Assembly (NCBI GenBank): GCA_963742235.1
Contig: CAVULT010000026.1
Location: 277,083 to 341,082, forward strand
Source of the DNA: Candidatus Aminicenantes bacterium
GTDB taxonomy: Bacteria > Acidobacteriota > Aminicenantia > Aminicenantales > Saccharicenantaceae
Direction of reading: 5' to 3'
Length of the DNA: 64,000 bases
Of this stretch, positions 8,539-16,724 are shown in pieces. The translations under genes were made by a program, and so were the position numbers. A model generated the notes under the pieces. The model was not told the DNA's origin. It saw nothing but the letters and a program-made list of their open reading frames with translations, and made no database searches. Each line of letters starts with the position of its first letter. Position 1 is the first letter of the stretch.

Positions 8539-10107
8539 TTAAAAATACAGCATCAGATAAAGCTTTTGTTCGCTGTTGCGTCTGTGAACGTCCGGGAAAT
8601 CCCGAAGGTAGTTGTCCTTGTGGTAATACAGGTATTCGAATCCAAGGCTGAGATTGCCGATGATTCTGACGGCGATCCGGGGCTTGAAAATGCCGATGAT
8701 CTTGTTCCCGGCCGGTCCGATATACGTGTGAAGCGCGTAGAGGTAATAGATCGCCGTCACTTGTCCCCTGTCCGCCAGATTCAGAGTCCCCTCGAACTTG
8801 GCCTCGCCTCCGCCGGAATAATCGTAATTCCGGCCAGGGATCCCGCCCTCCACAATATCGATATACGGAGAGTTGGTGGCGCTGAGAGGGACGATCCCGA
8901 GATGGAATGCGGATTGAAGATTGGAATTCTTGGAGAATTGCCACTTCGCAATGATCCCTCCGCCGAAGCCCAGAGCGGTGACTTCGAAGATCCGGCTGTC
9001 CCAGTAGTTATAGTGTTGGAAGGCCCCGATCAGCATATCCAGATTCCCGGAGTGGACGGTCTTGCCGAATAAAAGGCCGTATCCGGTGACATTGTCCAGA
9101 TATTTCTTTCCCACGTTTTTCCCGTAGCTGAGATCGATCCGCAGCTTGAAGACATCGAAGGGCTTTCGGGGGCGGACTTCGAACGGATTCCCATAATCCA
9201 GGTGGATCCCGAGAATTCCGCTGGGGCTGCCGGTCCCGAAGCTCGTGCCGTCATTGAACACATGCAGCCCCGCGAACAGCGCCACATTGAGCGGTTCTTT
9301 CTGATAGACCTCTCCCGGAGTGACCCGGGTCATTCTTCCCCTGAAGAGCCTGGTGACAGCTCTCCCGGGGCTGAGGATGGCCGCCCCGAGCTCCCGGAAA
9401 AATCTTTCCGCCCCGGTCGTTCGATCGTCCAGGAGATTCGAACTCAACCGGTAAAGGATCTCTCCGAACAATGAGCCGCTGGCTGTCGTATTGATGATAT
9501 CGTTATAGGACGGCCGCGTGGTTTCCCCGAAGTATTCCCAGGTCAGACTACCCAACGCGACGAAAGGCACGGATTCGATGAAACTGTACCCGTTCGCGCG
9601 GGCCGAATTGAAGAAAGCCCCCCCGGAATAGGGATGAAAGAAAAAATTCATACCCAACCTGTCGGTATCCCATTCCCAGCCCATTTTGAGGTTGTTCTTC
9701 CAGGTCGAAGCCCCGATGCGCGAAAAGGGATAATCAAAAACGAACCGGTCGACCGCCCAGACAAAAACATTCGCCGAGAGGACCGTGAGAGCGGCCGCCC
9801 ACAACGGGGTTCTCCTGTTGTACGCCGGGTCGTCATCCCGCAACCGAAGAGGCGCGCTGAAGGGCTGTTGCTGGAGGGAAAATGCGATGCGCCCGGGACC
9901 GCCTTCAGCGGCGCTGGATGATGGGCGCCCGTGGGCGGGTAAGCCGCCGCTGATCAACGCCGCGAAACAGACCGATGTTCGCAGCGCGGCTGTCCATCTT
10001 CTCCCGCGGCAGCGCCCCCGATCCTGATTCATCACGGCATCATCGATAAAAAAGCGGCCGATATCCGCCGTCGGCCCCGAGAAGACCCTTCTCGGGGCCG
10101 ACGTCAC
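8539..10107 (-). CDS. DUF3943-like outer-membrane protein
   Basis: 522 aa. WEWDTDRLGMNFFFHPYSGGAFFNSARANGYSF matches the DUF3943 core as I recall it. The C-terminal half shows an alternating beta-strand pattern and ends ...LYLMLYF, an aromatic terminus typical of OM barrels. Start uncertain (GTG 10107 or ATG 10032). Visibly lower GC than the flanks. Confidence 0.68.
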   Translation of the reverse strand: MTSAPRRVFSGPTADIGRFFIDDAVMNQDRGRCRGRRWTAALRTSVCFAALISGGLPAHGRPSSSAAEGGPGRIAFSLQQQPFSAPLRLRDDDPAYNRRTPLWAAALTVLSANVFVWAVDRFVFDYPFSRIGASTWKNNLKMGWEWDTDRLGMNFFFHPYSGGAFFNSARANGYSFIESVPFVALGSLTWEYFGETTRPSYNDIINTTASGSLFGEILYRLSSNLLDDRTTGAERFFRELGAAILSPGRAVTRLFRGRMTRVTPGEVYQKEPLNVALFAGLHVFNDGTSFGTGSPSGILGIHLDYGNPFEVRPRKPFDVFKLRIDLSYGKNVGKKYLDNVTGYGLLFGKTVHSGNLDMLIGAFQHYNYWDSRIFEVTALGFGGGIIAKWQFSKNSNLQSAFHLGIVPLSATNSPYIDIVEGGIPGRNYDYSGGGEAKFEGTLNLADRGQVTAIYYLYALHTYIGPAGNKIIGIFKPRIAVRIIGNLSLGFEYLYYHKDNYLRDFPDVHRRNSEQKLYLMLYF

Positions 10108-10137
10108 GGTTCGATTAAGGTTCAGGCTTCAGCAGCC

Positions 10138-11361
10138 CTACTTTTTCTTTTTGGCCGGCGGCTGCGGCTTCTCCGTCTTGGCCGGCTGGGCGGCTTTCTT
10201 GACCTGCGCGGTATCCTGTTTGTGCCGCTGGGTCAACTGCTGCTTCTCGGCCTGGTGCTGTTTCTGCAGATCGGCCGTTTTGGTCTGGTAGTCCTTCTGG
10301 ATCTTCGCTTTGGAGGCCGCATCGCGGGCTTGCGCTTGTTCCGCGGCGCGCTTGTTCTGCAGGTCCTTCAGATCTTGCGCCTGGGTTTTCTGGAGCAAGG
10401 CCTTTTCCTCGGCCTGCCGCTTCTGGACGGCCGAGACCTGCTCTTTCACCGGCTGCTGCGGACGCGGCTCGAAAACCTTGGCCGGAGCCAATTCCTGCCG
10501 GGCTTGGTTCCTGTTCAAAAAGGCCTTCGGTTTTGCGGCTTCATTCTGCCTGATGGCCGGCCGATAGATCTGGACCTCCTGGCCCACGACTCTTGCATGT
10601 CCCGGCTGCGGGGCGTCCTGCACGCCGTATTTGGGAACGTCACGCCCGGTCATTCGACGGACATCTTCGGGCCTGATCCCTTCGTTGACGATCCTGTTAT
10701 TCTGAATGCGGATGTCGTTGTGGATCGTTGTATAGTTGACAATGGTCCTGTTGCGCTCATAGGGAAGGACGTAGCGATTGATGTCCCGGTCCTGAAAGTG
10801 CGAACCCTGGATGAAGATCCAGAAATTGAAGGGGATATCGAATGCCTGCGAATTGAAATTGATTCCCGCTCCGAATCGGACGCCGGGCGGAAGAGGCGCC
10901 CAGCCCATGTATTGGTCGTTCGACCTCCAGGTCACCCACGCGGGGCCCCAATCCGTTCCCGGGACCCAGTACCAGCCGATGTCGTTATCCATGCCCCAGC
11001 GGCCATAGTGGAAGGGAATGTCCCCCCATTGCTCGTCCGACATCCAGGTCCAGCCGTAATCGGTCCAGATCCAATGTCCTTGGCTATAGGGCCGCCAGTT
11101 GTAGCCCATATTCCTGGGGACCCAAACATAGCCATAGGGGTTATAGTCGATCCAGCTTCCATAAGGGGAAAGTTGATCATAAAAATAGGACGTGTCCATA
11201 TTTTGACCATAGCCTTGAGGACCGGGCGAATACTGTTGATCACCCGGATACATCGTGCTTCCCGCGCCGGGCGGATAGCCGACTCCAGGCGAAGAACCAT
11301 ATCCGGCGCAGCTCGCCGTGATCGCGAAAACCAAGGGAATGATCCAGAGGACTCTTTTCAT
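10138..11361 (-). CDS. Lipoprotein with W/Y/G-rich repeats (DUF6600-like) and a Q/K/A-rich coiled-coil tail
   Basis: 407 aa. Lipobox in MKRVLWIIPLVFAITASC. Repeated YGxW-type units (SPYGSWIDYNPYGYVWVPRNMGYNWRPYSQGHWIWTDYGWTWM..., GWYWVPGTDWGPAWVTWR). C-terminal 110 aa are low-complexity, coiled-coil-like and end KKKK. AAGGAG SD. Confidence 0.8.
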   Translation of the reverse strand: MKRVLWIIPLVFAITASCAGYGSSPGVGYPPGAGSTMYPGDQQYSPGPQGYGQNMDTSYFYDQLSPYGSWIDYNPYGYVWVPRNMGYNWRPYSQGHWIWTDYGWTWMSDEQWGDIPFHYGRWGMDNDIGWYWVPGTDWGPAWVTWRSNDQYMGWAPLPPGVRFGAGINFNSQAFDIPFNFWIFIQGSHFQDRDINRYVLPYERNRTIVNYTTIHNDIRIQNNRIVNEGIRPEDVRRMTGRDVPKYGVQDAPQPGHARVVGQEVQIYRPAIRQNEAAKPKAFLNRNQARQELAPAKVFEPRPQQPVKEQVSAVQKRQAEEKALLQKTQAQDLKDLQNKRAAEQAQARDAASKAKIQKDYQTKTADLQKQHQAEKQQLTQRHKQDTAQVKKAAQPAKTEKPQPPAKKKK

Positions 11362-11387
11362 GTCAGTTCTCCTTTTACCGGAATCAA

Positions 11388-11403
11388 TGCAAGCATCATG
11401 CCA
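11388..11403 (-). promoter_or_regulatory. sigma54-type -24/-12 promoter candidate for the lipoprotein / DUF3943 / methyltransferase operon
   Basis: Minus strand reads TGGCATGATGCTTGCA (TGGCAT-N5-TTGCA, GG-N10-GC). About 27 nt upstream of ATG 11361, leaving room for the AAGGAG SD. Confidence 0.55.
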
Positions 11404-11605
11404 ATCGACCTTATTCGTTGCCTCCCCGTTCCGTGACTGCCGCCTGCTCCGGGAGCCCTGATGGCGACAAAGGTCGTGAAAAGAGGACGCCTCGGTCCGA
11501 TGATCGTCGAGGGCCGGCTTGTCCGGAAATAGGCCCGTTTATCAGGCCAATATCCTGTTATGCAGGAAACGGCCTCCGGGCCTCCCGGAGAATAAGGAAG
11601 GAACT

Positions 11606-11621
11606 TGGCACGAAAACCGCT
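11606..11621 (+). promoter_or_regulatory. sigma54-type -24/-12 promoter candidate upstream of the RNB ribonuclease (and mgtA)
   Basis: TGGCACGAAAACCGCT (GG-N10-GC), about 105 nt upstream of ATG 11725. 15/16 identical to the element at 16411-16426. Confidence 0.45.
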
Positions 11622-11724
11622 TTGTCTGCCGTTGGATTGGTCAGATGCGCCCTCTGAGACGGTCCGATGTCACGAGCCGCGGCGCAACGGGCGTGTGGAA
11701 AAAGAGGCCAGAAAAGGAACTCCG

Positions 11725-13212
11725 ATGAACGCGATCAACGCGAGCGAAGGATCCCACAGATCGACTTTACGGGCGATCGCCCGGCGGGCGATGATCGACC
11801 GGGGCCTGCTCCCCGACTTTTCTCCCGAAGCGCTGGCCGAGCTCGCGAGGATCCGGCCCTCCGCCGCGGCTAAAGATGAGACCCTTCGCGACCTCACCAC
11901 CCTTGTCTGGGCGTCCATCGATAACGACGACTCCCGCGACTTGGACCAGCTGACCGTTGCCGAGATGATGCCCGGAAACGAGGTCAAGATCCTTGTGGCC
12001 GTCGCCGATGTGGATTCGGTCGTCCAAAAAGGATCGGCCCTCGACGAGCACGCCGGCCACAATACGACCTCGGTCTATACCGCGGCCGAGGTCTTCCCCA
12101 TGCTGCCCGAGCATCTGTCCACCGACCTCACCTCGCTCAGCTTCGATGAGGATCGCCCGGCCATGGTCATTGAAATGACGACCGGCCCGGATGGATCCTT
12201 GCGGGGCTCTCAGATCTACCGGGCGCGGGTCCGGAATCACGCCAAGCTGGCCTACAACAGCGTGGGCGCCTGGCTCGAGGGAACCGGCGCCATGCCGGAA
12301 GCCGTCGCGGCCGTGACGGCGCTCGACGAGAACCTGCGCGCGCAGGACCGGGCCGCGCAGAGGCTGAGGAATCTCCGCCATGTCCAGGGGGCGCTGAGCC
12401 TGGAAACGATCAAGGCGAAGCCGATCTTCGACGGCGACCGGCTCCGGGATTTCAGAGTCGAAGCCAAGAACCGGGCCACGGACATCATCGAGGATTTCAT
12501 GATCGCCGCCAACGGCGTAACGGCCCGGTTTCTCGCGTCCAGAAAATTCCCTTCCATCCGCCGGGTGGTCCGGGTGCCGAAACGCTGGGATCGGATCGTC
12601 GCGATCGCCGGGGAACGCCAATTCCGGCTGCCCGCCGATCCGGATCCCATAGCTTTGGACGCCTTCCTCCTGAAGGAGAAAGCCGCCGATCCGCTTCGGT
12701 TCCCCGACCTCTCCCTCGCGGTCATCAAGCTCCTGGGGGCGGGGGAATATACGGCCGAGCTTCCCGGGGGCACGGCACCGGGACACTTCGGTCTCGCGGT
12801 CAAGGACTATACCCACTCCACCGCCCCGAACCGCCGCTATCCCGATCTGATCACCCAGCGCTTGCTGAAGGCCGCTCTGAAGGGCGATCCCTGGCCCTAT
12901 AGCCAAGATGATCTGGAAGCGCTGGCGAAACACTGCACCGAAGAGGAAGACGCGGCCGACAAAGTCGAGCGGCAGGTCGACAAGTCCGCGGCGGCGCTTC
13001 TTCTCGAATCGAGGATCAACGAACAGTTCGAGGCGATCGTCACGGGCGCCTCCGCTAAGGGCACCTGGGTGCGGCTGCTGCGCGTGCCCGTGGAAGGGAA
13101 GCTCGTCCGGGGCTTCGAAGGCCTGGATGTCGGCGACCGGGTCCGCGTGCAGCTGATATCGACCGATGTCGAGCGGGGCTTCGTCGATTTCCGGCGAGCG
13201 GGTCCCTCGTGA
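11725..13212 (+). CDS. RNB-domain exoribonuclease (RNase II/R family) with C-terminal S1-like domain
   Basis: Track ORF starts at 11605. I prefer ATG 11725 (AAAGGAA upstream; the upstream 40 aa are R-rich). Motifs SIDNDDSRDLDQ, HAGHNTTSVYTAAEVFPMLPEHLS, HFGLAVKDYTHSTAPNRRYPDLITQR, and C-terminal FEAIVTGASAKGTWVRLL. Confidence 0.85.
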   Translation: MNAINASEGSHRSTLRAIARRAMIDRGLLPDFSPEALAELARIRPSAAAKDETLRDLTTLVWASIDNDDSRDLDQLTVAEMMPGNEVKILVAVADVDSVVQKGSALDEHAGHNTTSVYTAAEVFPMLPEHLSTDLTSLSFDEDRPAMVIEMTTGPDGSLRGSQIYRARVRNHAKLAYNSVGAWLEGTGAMPEAVAAVTALDENLRAQDRAAQRLRNLRHVQGALSLETIKAKPIFDGDRLRDFRVEAKNRATDIIEDFMIAANGVTARFLASRKFPSIRRVVRVPKRWDRIVAIAGERQFRLPADPDPIALDAFLLKEKAADPLRFPDLSLAVIKLLGAGEYTAELPGGTAPGHFGLAVKDYTHSTAPNRRYPDLITQRLLKAALKGDPWPYSQDDLEALAKHCTEEEDAADKVERQVDKSAAALLLESRINEQFEAIVTGASAKGTWVRLLRVPVEGKLVRGFEGLDVGDRVRVQLISTDVERGFVDFRRAGPS

Positions 13213-13265
13213 CACTCCCGGGGAGGTTGAGGCCCGCCCGGGTCGGGGAACGAACGGGATGACCG

Positions 13266-15878
13266 ATGGACACGCGTAAGCAGGCTGGGAAGTCCGCGGG
13301 CGGAAACGCCGCCAAAGCTCCCGACCGATTATTGGAGAGGTCGCGGACGGACGCCGACGCGGTCCTGAGGGAGCTCGGGTCGCGCTCGAGCGGCCTCACG
13401 GCGGCGGAAGCCGAGGCCCGCCTCAAGCGCCATGGATTGAACGAGATCGCTCGGGAGAAGCGGCAGTCTCCCCTGGCGCGCCTGGGGAATAACGTCAAGA
13501 ATCCGCTGGTCCTTCTGCTTGTCGCCCTGGGCGTCCTGTCGTATCTGACGGGCGATCTGCGGGCGACGACCGTCATTTTCGTCATGGTGGTGTTGGGCGT
13601 TGTGCTGCGCTTCGTACAGGAGATGCGCGCCGATGACGCGGCCGAAAAGCTCAAGGCCATGGTGAACACCACGGCCACCGTCGTGCGAGACGGCCAGGAC
13701 GCCGAGGTGCCGCTCAAGATGCTGGTGCCGGGTGACATCGTCCGGCTGAACGCCGGGGATATGGTGCCGGCGGACCTGCGGATTCTCTCCGCCAAGGATC
13801 TGTTCCTGAATCAGGCGGCCCTGACCGGCGAATCCCTGCCGGTGGAGAAAAGCGCCGCCCCCGCCTCCACGGACATTCAAAATCCGCTGGACCTGCCGGA
13901 CATCGGCTTCCTGGGCTCGAGCGTGGAGAGCGGCATCGCGACAGGCGTGGTCGTCCGCACCGGGGCTCGCACCTACTTCGGTTCGCTGGCCGCCAGCATC
14001 GTCGGGCGGCGCCAGCTGACCAGCTTCGACAAGGGCGTCAACAAGTTCACCTGGCTGATGATCCGTTTCATCGCGGTGATGGTGCCGGCCGTCTTCCTGA
14101 TCAACGGACTGAGCAAACATGATTGGCTGGAGGCCTTCCTGTTCGCCATGGCCGTGGCCGTCGGCTTGACCCCGGAGATGCTGCCGATGATCGTCACGGT
14201 CAACCTGTCGAAGGGCGCCCTGACGATGGCCCGCAAGAAGGTGATCGTCAAACGCCTGAACGCCATCCAGAACTTCGGGGCGACGGACGTCCTGTGCACC
14301 GACAAGACCGGCACCCTGACCCAGGGCAGGATCGTCCTCGAAAAACACCTGGACGTCAGCGGCAAGGAAAGCCCGCGCGTCCTTCACTATGGATACCTCA
14401 ACAGCTACTTCCAGACCGGGCTCAAGAATCTCATGGATGAGGCCATCCTCGATCACGGCCATCTGGAAGAAGACCTCCAGGTGAAAGCGAATTACCGCAA
14501 GATCGACGAGATCCCGTTCGACTTCGTGCGCCGGCGCATGTCCGTGATCGTCGAGGACCAACACGATCAGCACATCCTGATCTGCAAGGGCGCGGCGGAA
14601 GAGATCATGCGCCTGTCCGTTCGCGTGGAAGTCGGAGGCGAGGTCCTGGATGTCCTGCCGGAACACGACGCCCATCGCAAGCAGCTCGTGCAGGGATTGA
14701 ACGCCCAGGGTTTCCGCGTCGTCGCCGTGGCCTACAAGGTCGTGCCCGGGGCGGACGACGAGCCGCATTATGGCCTTCGGGACGAGGCCGACATGACCCT
14801 GCTGGGGTTCCTGGCCTTTCTCGATCCGCCCAAGGAGACCGCGGCCGAGGCCTTGAAGCGGCTCCAGGCGCTGCATGTGGACGTCAAGATCCTGACCGGC
14901 GATAACGAGATCGTCACGGCCTTTATCTGCCGGGAGGTCGGCATGCCGGCGGACAAGATCCTGCTGGGTTCGGAGATCGAAGCCATGAGCGAATCCGAGC
15001 TGGCTGAGGCCGCCGGCGCGACCGGCATCTTCGCCAAGCTGGCGCCGGCTCAAAAGGAACATATCATCCGCGCCCTGCAAAGCCGGGGCCGCGTGGTGGG
15101 CTTCCTGGGCGACGGCATCAACGACGCCCCGGCCTTGAAGGCCGCCGACGTGGGCATCTCCGTCGACGGCGCCGTGGACATCGCCAAGGAATCGTCCGAT
15201 ATCATCCTGATGGAGAACAGCCTGCTGGTGCTGGAGCAGGGGGTGCTCGAAGGCCGCCGCGTTTTCGGCAACATCATCAAATACATCAAGATGGCGGCCT
15301 CCTCCAACTTCGGCAACATGTTCAGCGTCGTGGGAGCCAGCGCCTTCCTCCCCTTCCTGCCCATGCTGCCGATCCAGGTATTGACCAACAACCTGCTCTA
15401 TGACTTCTCGCAGACGGCCATCCCCACGGATGCCGTGGACGCCGACTGGCTGACCCGGCCGCGCAAATGGACGATCGGCGCGATCCAGCGGTTCATTCTT
15501 TTTATCGGGCCGATCAGCTCGATCTTCGATTACCTGACTTTCGCCGTCATGCTCTCGGTGTTCCACGCCCGGACCAACCCCGCCCTGTTCCACACCGGCT
15601 GGTTCGTCGAGTCGCTTTTCACCCAGACGCTGATCATCCATGTCATCCGGACCAACAAGATCCCGTTCATCCAGAGCCGGGCCAGCTGGCCGCTGATCGC
15701 GACGTCGTTGATCATCGTCGCGGCAGGGGCTTGGCTCACCGTCTCGCCCCTGGCCGGCGCGCTCGGGTTTGTTCCGCTTCCGCCGCTCTACTGGCTGCTG
15801 CTGGGCCTCATGCTGCTGGGCTATGTGATCCTCACGCAATTCGTCAAAACCTGGTTCTACAAGAGATTTGGCGAATAA
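13266..15878 (+). CDS. mgtA: Magnesium-importing P-type ATPase
   Basis: 870 aa. Motifs DKTGTLT, TGDN and GDGINDAPALKAADVGISV. The MgtA-specific C-terminal stretch TNNLLYDFSQTAIPTDAVD...FIGPISSIFDYLTF closely resembles E. coli MgtA. Confidence 0.93.
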   Translation: MDTRKQAGKSAGGNAAKAPDRLLERSRTDADAVLRELGSRSSGLTAAEAEARLKRHGLNEIAREKRQSPLARLGNNVKNPLVLLLVALGVLSYLTGDLRATTVIFVMVVLGVVLRFVQEMRADDAAEKLKAMVNTTATVVRDGQDAEVPLKMLVPGDIVRLNAGDMVPADLRILSAKDLFLNQAALTGESLPVEKSAAPASTDIQNPLDLPDIGFLGSSVESGIATGVVVRTGARTYFGSLAASIVGRRQLTSFDKGVNKFTWLMIRFIAVMVPAVFLINGLSKHDWLEAFLFAMAVAVGLTPEMLPMIVTVNLSKGALTMARKKVIVKRLNAIQNFGATDVLCTDKTGTLTQGRIVLEKHLDVSGKESPRVLHYGYLNSYFQTGLKNLMDEAILDHGHLEEDLQVKANYRKIDEIPFDFVRRRMSVIVEDQHDQHILICKGAAEEIMRLSVRVEVGGEVLDVLPEHDAHRKQLVQGLNAQGFRVVAVAYKVVPGADDEPHYGLRDEADMTLLGFLAFLDPPKETAAEALKRLQALHVDVKILTGDNEIVTAFICREVGMPADKILLGSEIEAMSESELAEAAGATGIFAKLAPAQKEHIIRALQSRGRVVGFLGDGINDAPALKAADVGISVDGAVDIAKESSDIILMENSLLVLEQGVLEGRRVFGNIIKYIKMAASSNFGNMFSVVGASAFLPFLPMLPIQVLTNNLLYDFSQTAIPTDAVDADWLTRPRKWTIGAIQRFILFIGPISSIFDYLTFAVMLSVFHARTNPALFHTGWFVESLFTQTLIIHVIRTNKIPFIQSRASWPLIATSLIIVAAGAWLTVSPLAGALGFVPLPPLYWLLLGLMLLGYVILTQFVKTWFYKRFGE

Positions 15879-15919
15879 CGGAGCCCCCGCTGGCCGGCCG
15901 GGATCTTTCCGAAGGCCTG

Positions 15920-16132
15920 CTATCTCTTTTTTCGGTCGGCAAGAACCAGCGCGATGCCCGCGACGAGCGCCAGGCCTCCCGCGACCGGAGGCACCGGGAC
16001 GGTCTTCTTTACCGAGGTCGTGACCTTGAGGCGTCCGATATCGATCAGCTTGTCCCGGTCGGTATAACGGATGCCGTGATAAGCCAGAACCAAGGCTCCC
16101 AGAACGATCAGAACGATACCTGCAAGCTTCAT
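15920..16132 (-). CDS. Small two-helix membrane protein (70 aa), function unknown
   Basis: Start moved to ATG 16132 (strong GGGAGG SD upstream). MKLAGIVLIVLGALVLAY... ...PVAGGLALVAGIALVLADRKKR. The upstream part of the 121-aa track ORF is R/P-rich. Confidence 0.65.
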   Translation of the reverse strand: MKLAGIVLIVLGALVLAYHGIRYTDRDKLIDIGRLKVTTSVKKTVPVPPVAGGLALVAGIALVLADRKKR

Positions 16133-16170
16133 GAATGATGCCTCCCTTAAAATCCGGCTGGAGCCTCCTC

Positions 16171-16320
16171 CTAAAGGACTCTCCGGCCCCGCAACAGTCG
16201 TATGATCAGAATGATCAGGGCGATGACGATGAGGGCGTGGATCAGGCCGCCTCCGACATGGAAGGCGAAGAATCCCAGGGCCCACAGGATGACCAGGATG
16301 ATGATGATAGTTTCCAGCAT
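16171..16320 (-). CDS. lmo0937-family-like tiny membrane protein (49 aa)
   Basis: Start moved to ATG 16320 (GAAGGAGG SD). MLETIIIILVILWALGFFAFHVGGGLIHALIVIALIILIIRLLRGRRVL has the typical length and pattern of this small-protein family. Confidence 0.65.
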   Translation of the reverse strand: MLETIIIILVILWALGFFAFHVGGGLIHALIVIALIILIIRLLRGRRVL

Positions 16321-16410
16321 ATCGACCTCCTTCTTTTCTTTTGCCTCTCGCCGTCCCGCCCCGTCCGCAACGGGACGGCGCGGCGACTGGGGAGACCCTG
16401 TCTGTCCAGG

Positions 16411-16426
16411 AGCGGATTTCGTGCCA
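16411..16426 (-). promoter_or_regulatory. sigma54-type -24/-12 promoter candidate for the two tiny membrane-protein genes
   Basis: Minus strand reads TGGCACGAAATCCGCT, about 90 nt upstream of ATG 16320. The predicted leader contains a 10-bp GC hairpin (CGCCGTCCCG...CGGGACGGCG, 16348-16379). Confidence 0.45.
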
Positions 16427-16634
16427 GCCTGTCTCCCGATTCTCCGGATGCCAGGAAATTGACCTCCTCTCGGGAAGAAGACGGGATTCAGGGTAACGGG
16501 CAATCCGGAGGCCGAGGAAAGGCAGATGGGGCCGTCTTTCAGCCCTTCCGGGAAACGGTACTTTTCCTATTTCGAAGGACAGAAGGAGATCTGTTACTAG
16601 GGGTAGGCCCTCGTAATCAAGGTCTCGAGCGAGT

Positions 16635-16650
16635 TGGCATATGGCTTGCA
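16635..16650 (+). promoter_or_regulatory. sigma54-type -24/-12 promoter candidate for the asmA-family gene
   Basis: TGGCATATGGCTTGCA (TGGCAT-N5-TTGCA), 75 nt upstream of ATG 16725. Confidence 0.55.
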
Positions 16651-16724
16651 GAATCTCAACAGCAGGTCTTTGCGGCGGGCGAAGCCTGGGGCAGGCATCG
16701 GTCTTCGGTTAGGAGGGATAAGTC

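Noticed and set aside
8539-11403. The lower-GC segment considered as a mobile element or genomic island with integration machinery.
   Set aside because: No integrase, transposase, flanking direct repeats or tRNA gene were seen at either border. Only the compositional shift is reported.
13213-13265. Looked for an M-box or other Mg2+-sensing leader upstream of mgtA.
   Set aside because: Only 53 nt separate the RNB stop from the mgtA start. That is too short for an M-box, and no matching conserved structure is present. mgtA is probably co-transcribed with the ribonuclease gene.
16524-16598. 24-codon ORF (MGPSFSPSGKRYFSYFEGQKEICY) with a weak AGGAAAGG upstream, in the asmA divergent region.
   Set aside because: It is too short and lacks any supporting feature. 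It cannot be supported from sequence alone.
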